Below the pieces are notes generated by a model, which worked only from the letters and a program-made list of their open reading frames with translations, did not search any database and was not told the DNA's origin. From contig NW_003314666.1 of assembly GCF_000143415.4 (NCBI RefSeq), positions 1 through 7,386 of the forward strand: a stretch of 7,386 nucleotides of DNA, read 5' to 3'. The translations under genes were made by a program, and so were the position numbers. Source of the DNA: Selaginella moellendorffii. Taxonomy: Eukaryota > Plantae > Lycopodiophyta. Shown piece after piece: positions 6,874-7,386 of this stretch; the stretch's first letter is position 1, and each line of letters begins with the position of its first letter.

Positions 6874-7386
6874 TCATCCCCTCCTCTCGGAATAATGAAA
6901 GACCATCAGGGTTCTTTTATAAACGGGCCGAGATCTAGAGGAATGTCAGGAGGAGGCATGGATGGATCTGTAGGTGGTATTAATTGCTCCTGATCCCTTT
7001 GTATGAAACATTTCAACCGTTGCACATGCACAATCTCTGGAGGATTGACCTGCTGGACATCATGCCAAACTTCATAAACTTGTGGTCCAACTTGCTGCAA
7101 CACCCGATACAGTCTTTTCCACTGCGCAAGGAGCCCTTTAAATAAACCATGTACTGTAAAATGGGGAAAATAGACCAATACAAAATCATCCACTTTGTAC
7201 TCTACAAGTGGATGATGATGGGAGTTGTAGCACCGTTGTTGTCCCACTTGTATGTGGTCTAAGTGTTCGGCAGACTCTGCTCGAACAAGTGGAAGAATGC
7301 TCGCTAAATACTGATCCCACGACCTAGCATTAGCAGCTCGTGGCACTCGTGAAGGTAAACCCAACTCCGTTGGTAATATTGGATCA
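6810..7386 (-). pseudogene. pol: Integrase C-terminal region of copy 2 pol (partial, degraded)
   Basis: ORF 6906..7364 is homologous to the copy 1 IN tail; GPY has degraded to RLY; TGA at 6906-6908 where copy 1 has AGA; the frame then continues to the homologous TAG in the LTR at 6810-6812. Confidence 0.9.
6877..6888 (-). promoter_or_regulatory. Polypurine tract of copy 2
   Basis: GAGAGGAGGGGA on the minus strand, identical to copy 1. Confidence 0.9.

Larger units (their letters stand above)
6699..7386 (-). mobile_element. 3' end of a second copy of the same Ty3/Gypsy family (copy 2), running off the window
   Basis: LTR 6699-6873, PPT and integrase C-terminus; 6874-7386 aligns without gaps to 722-1234 (offset 6152) with about 69 substitutions in 513 nt. 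Confidence 0.96.

Noticed and set aside
5592-6938. Small ORFs 5592..5822, 5978..6160, 6523..6747 and 6666..6938
   Set aside because: Low-complexity AT-rich translations; two of them cross the LTR boundary at 6699, which argues against real genes.

Overview
Eukaryotic genomic DNA dominated by one Ty3/Gypsy (Metaviridae-type) LTR retrotransposon family. Copy 1 is a structurally complete 5003-bp element on the minus strand (554-5556). It has very short TG...CA LTRs (175 and 168 bp), a 4-bp CCAT target-site duplication, a tRNA-Ala-like PBS and a PPT. It encodes gag with a CCHC knuckle and pol in PR-RT-RH-IN order, ending in a GPY motif with no chromodomain. It is decayed: three in-frame nonsense codons and a D->E change in the integrase triad. 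At the gag/pol junction, a correctly phased G_GGA_AAC slippery heptamer is followed 6 nt later by a predicted H-type pseudoknot that also contains a TAATG stop/start overlap. About 1.1 kb away, the 3' end of a second, co-oriented copy of the same family (6699 to window end) differs by roughly 13%, almost entirely by transitions. The flanks (1-549, 5561-6698) could not be annotated. I found no evidence of a wholly new biological system; the most interesting signals are the recoding element and the family's unusual combination of traits. All counts are by hand.
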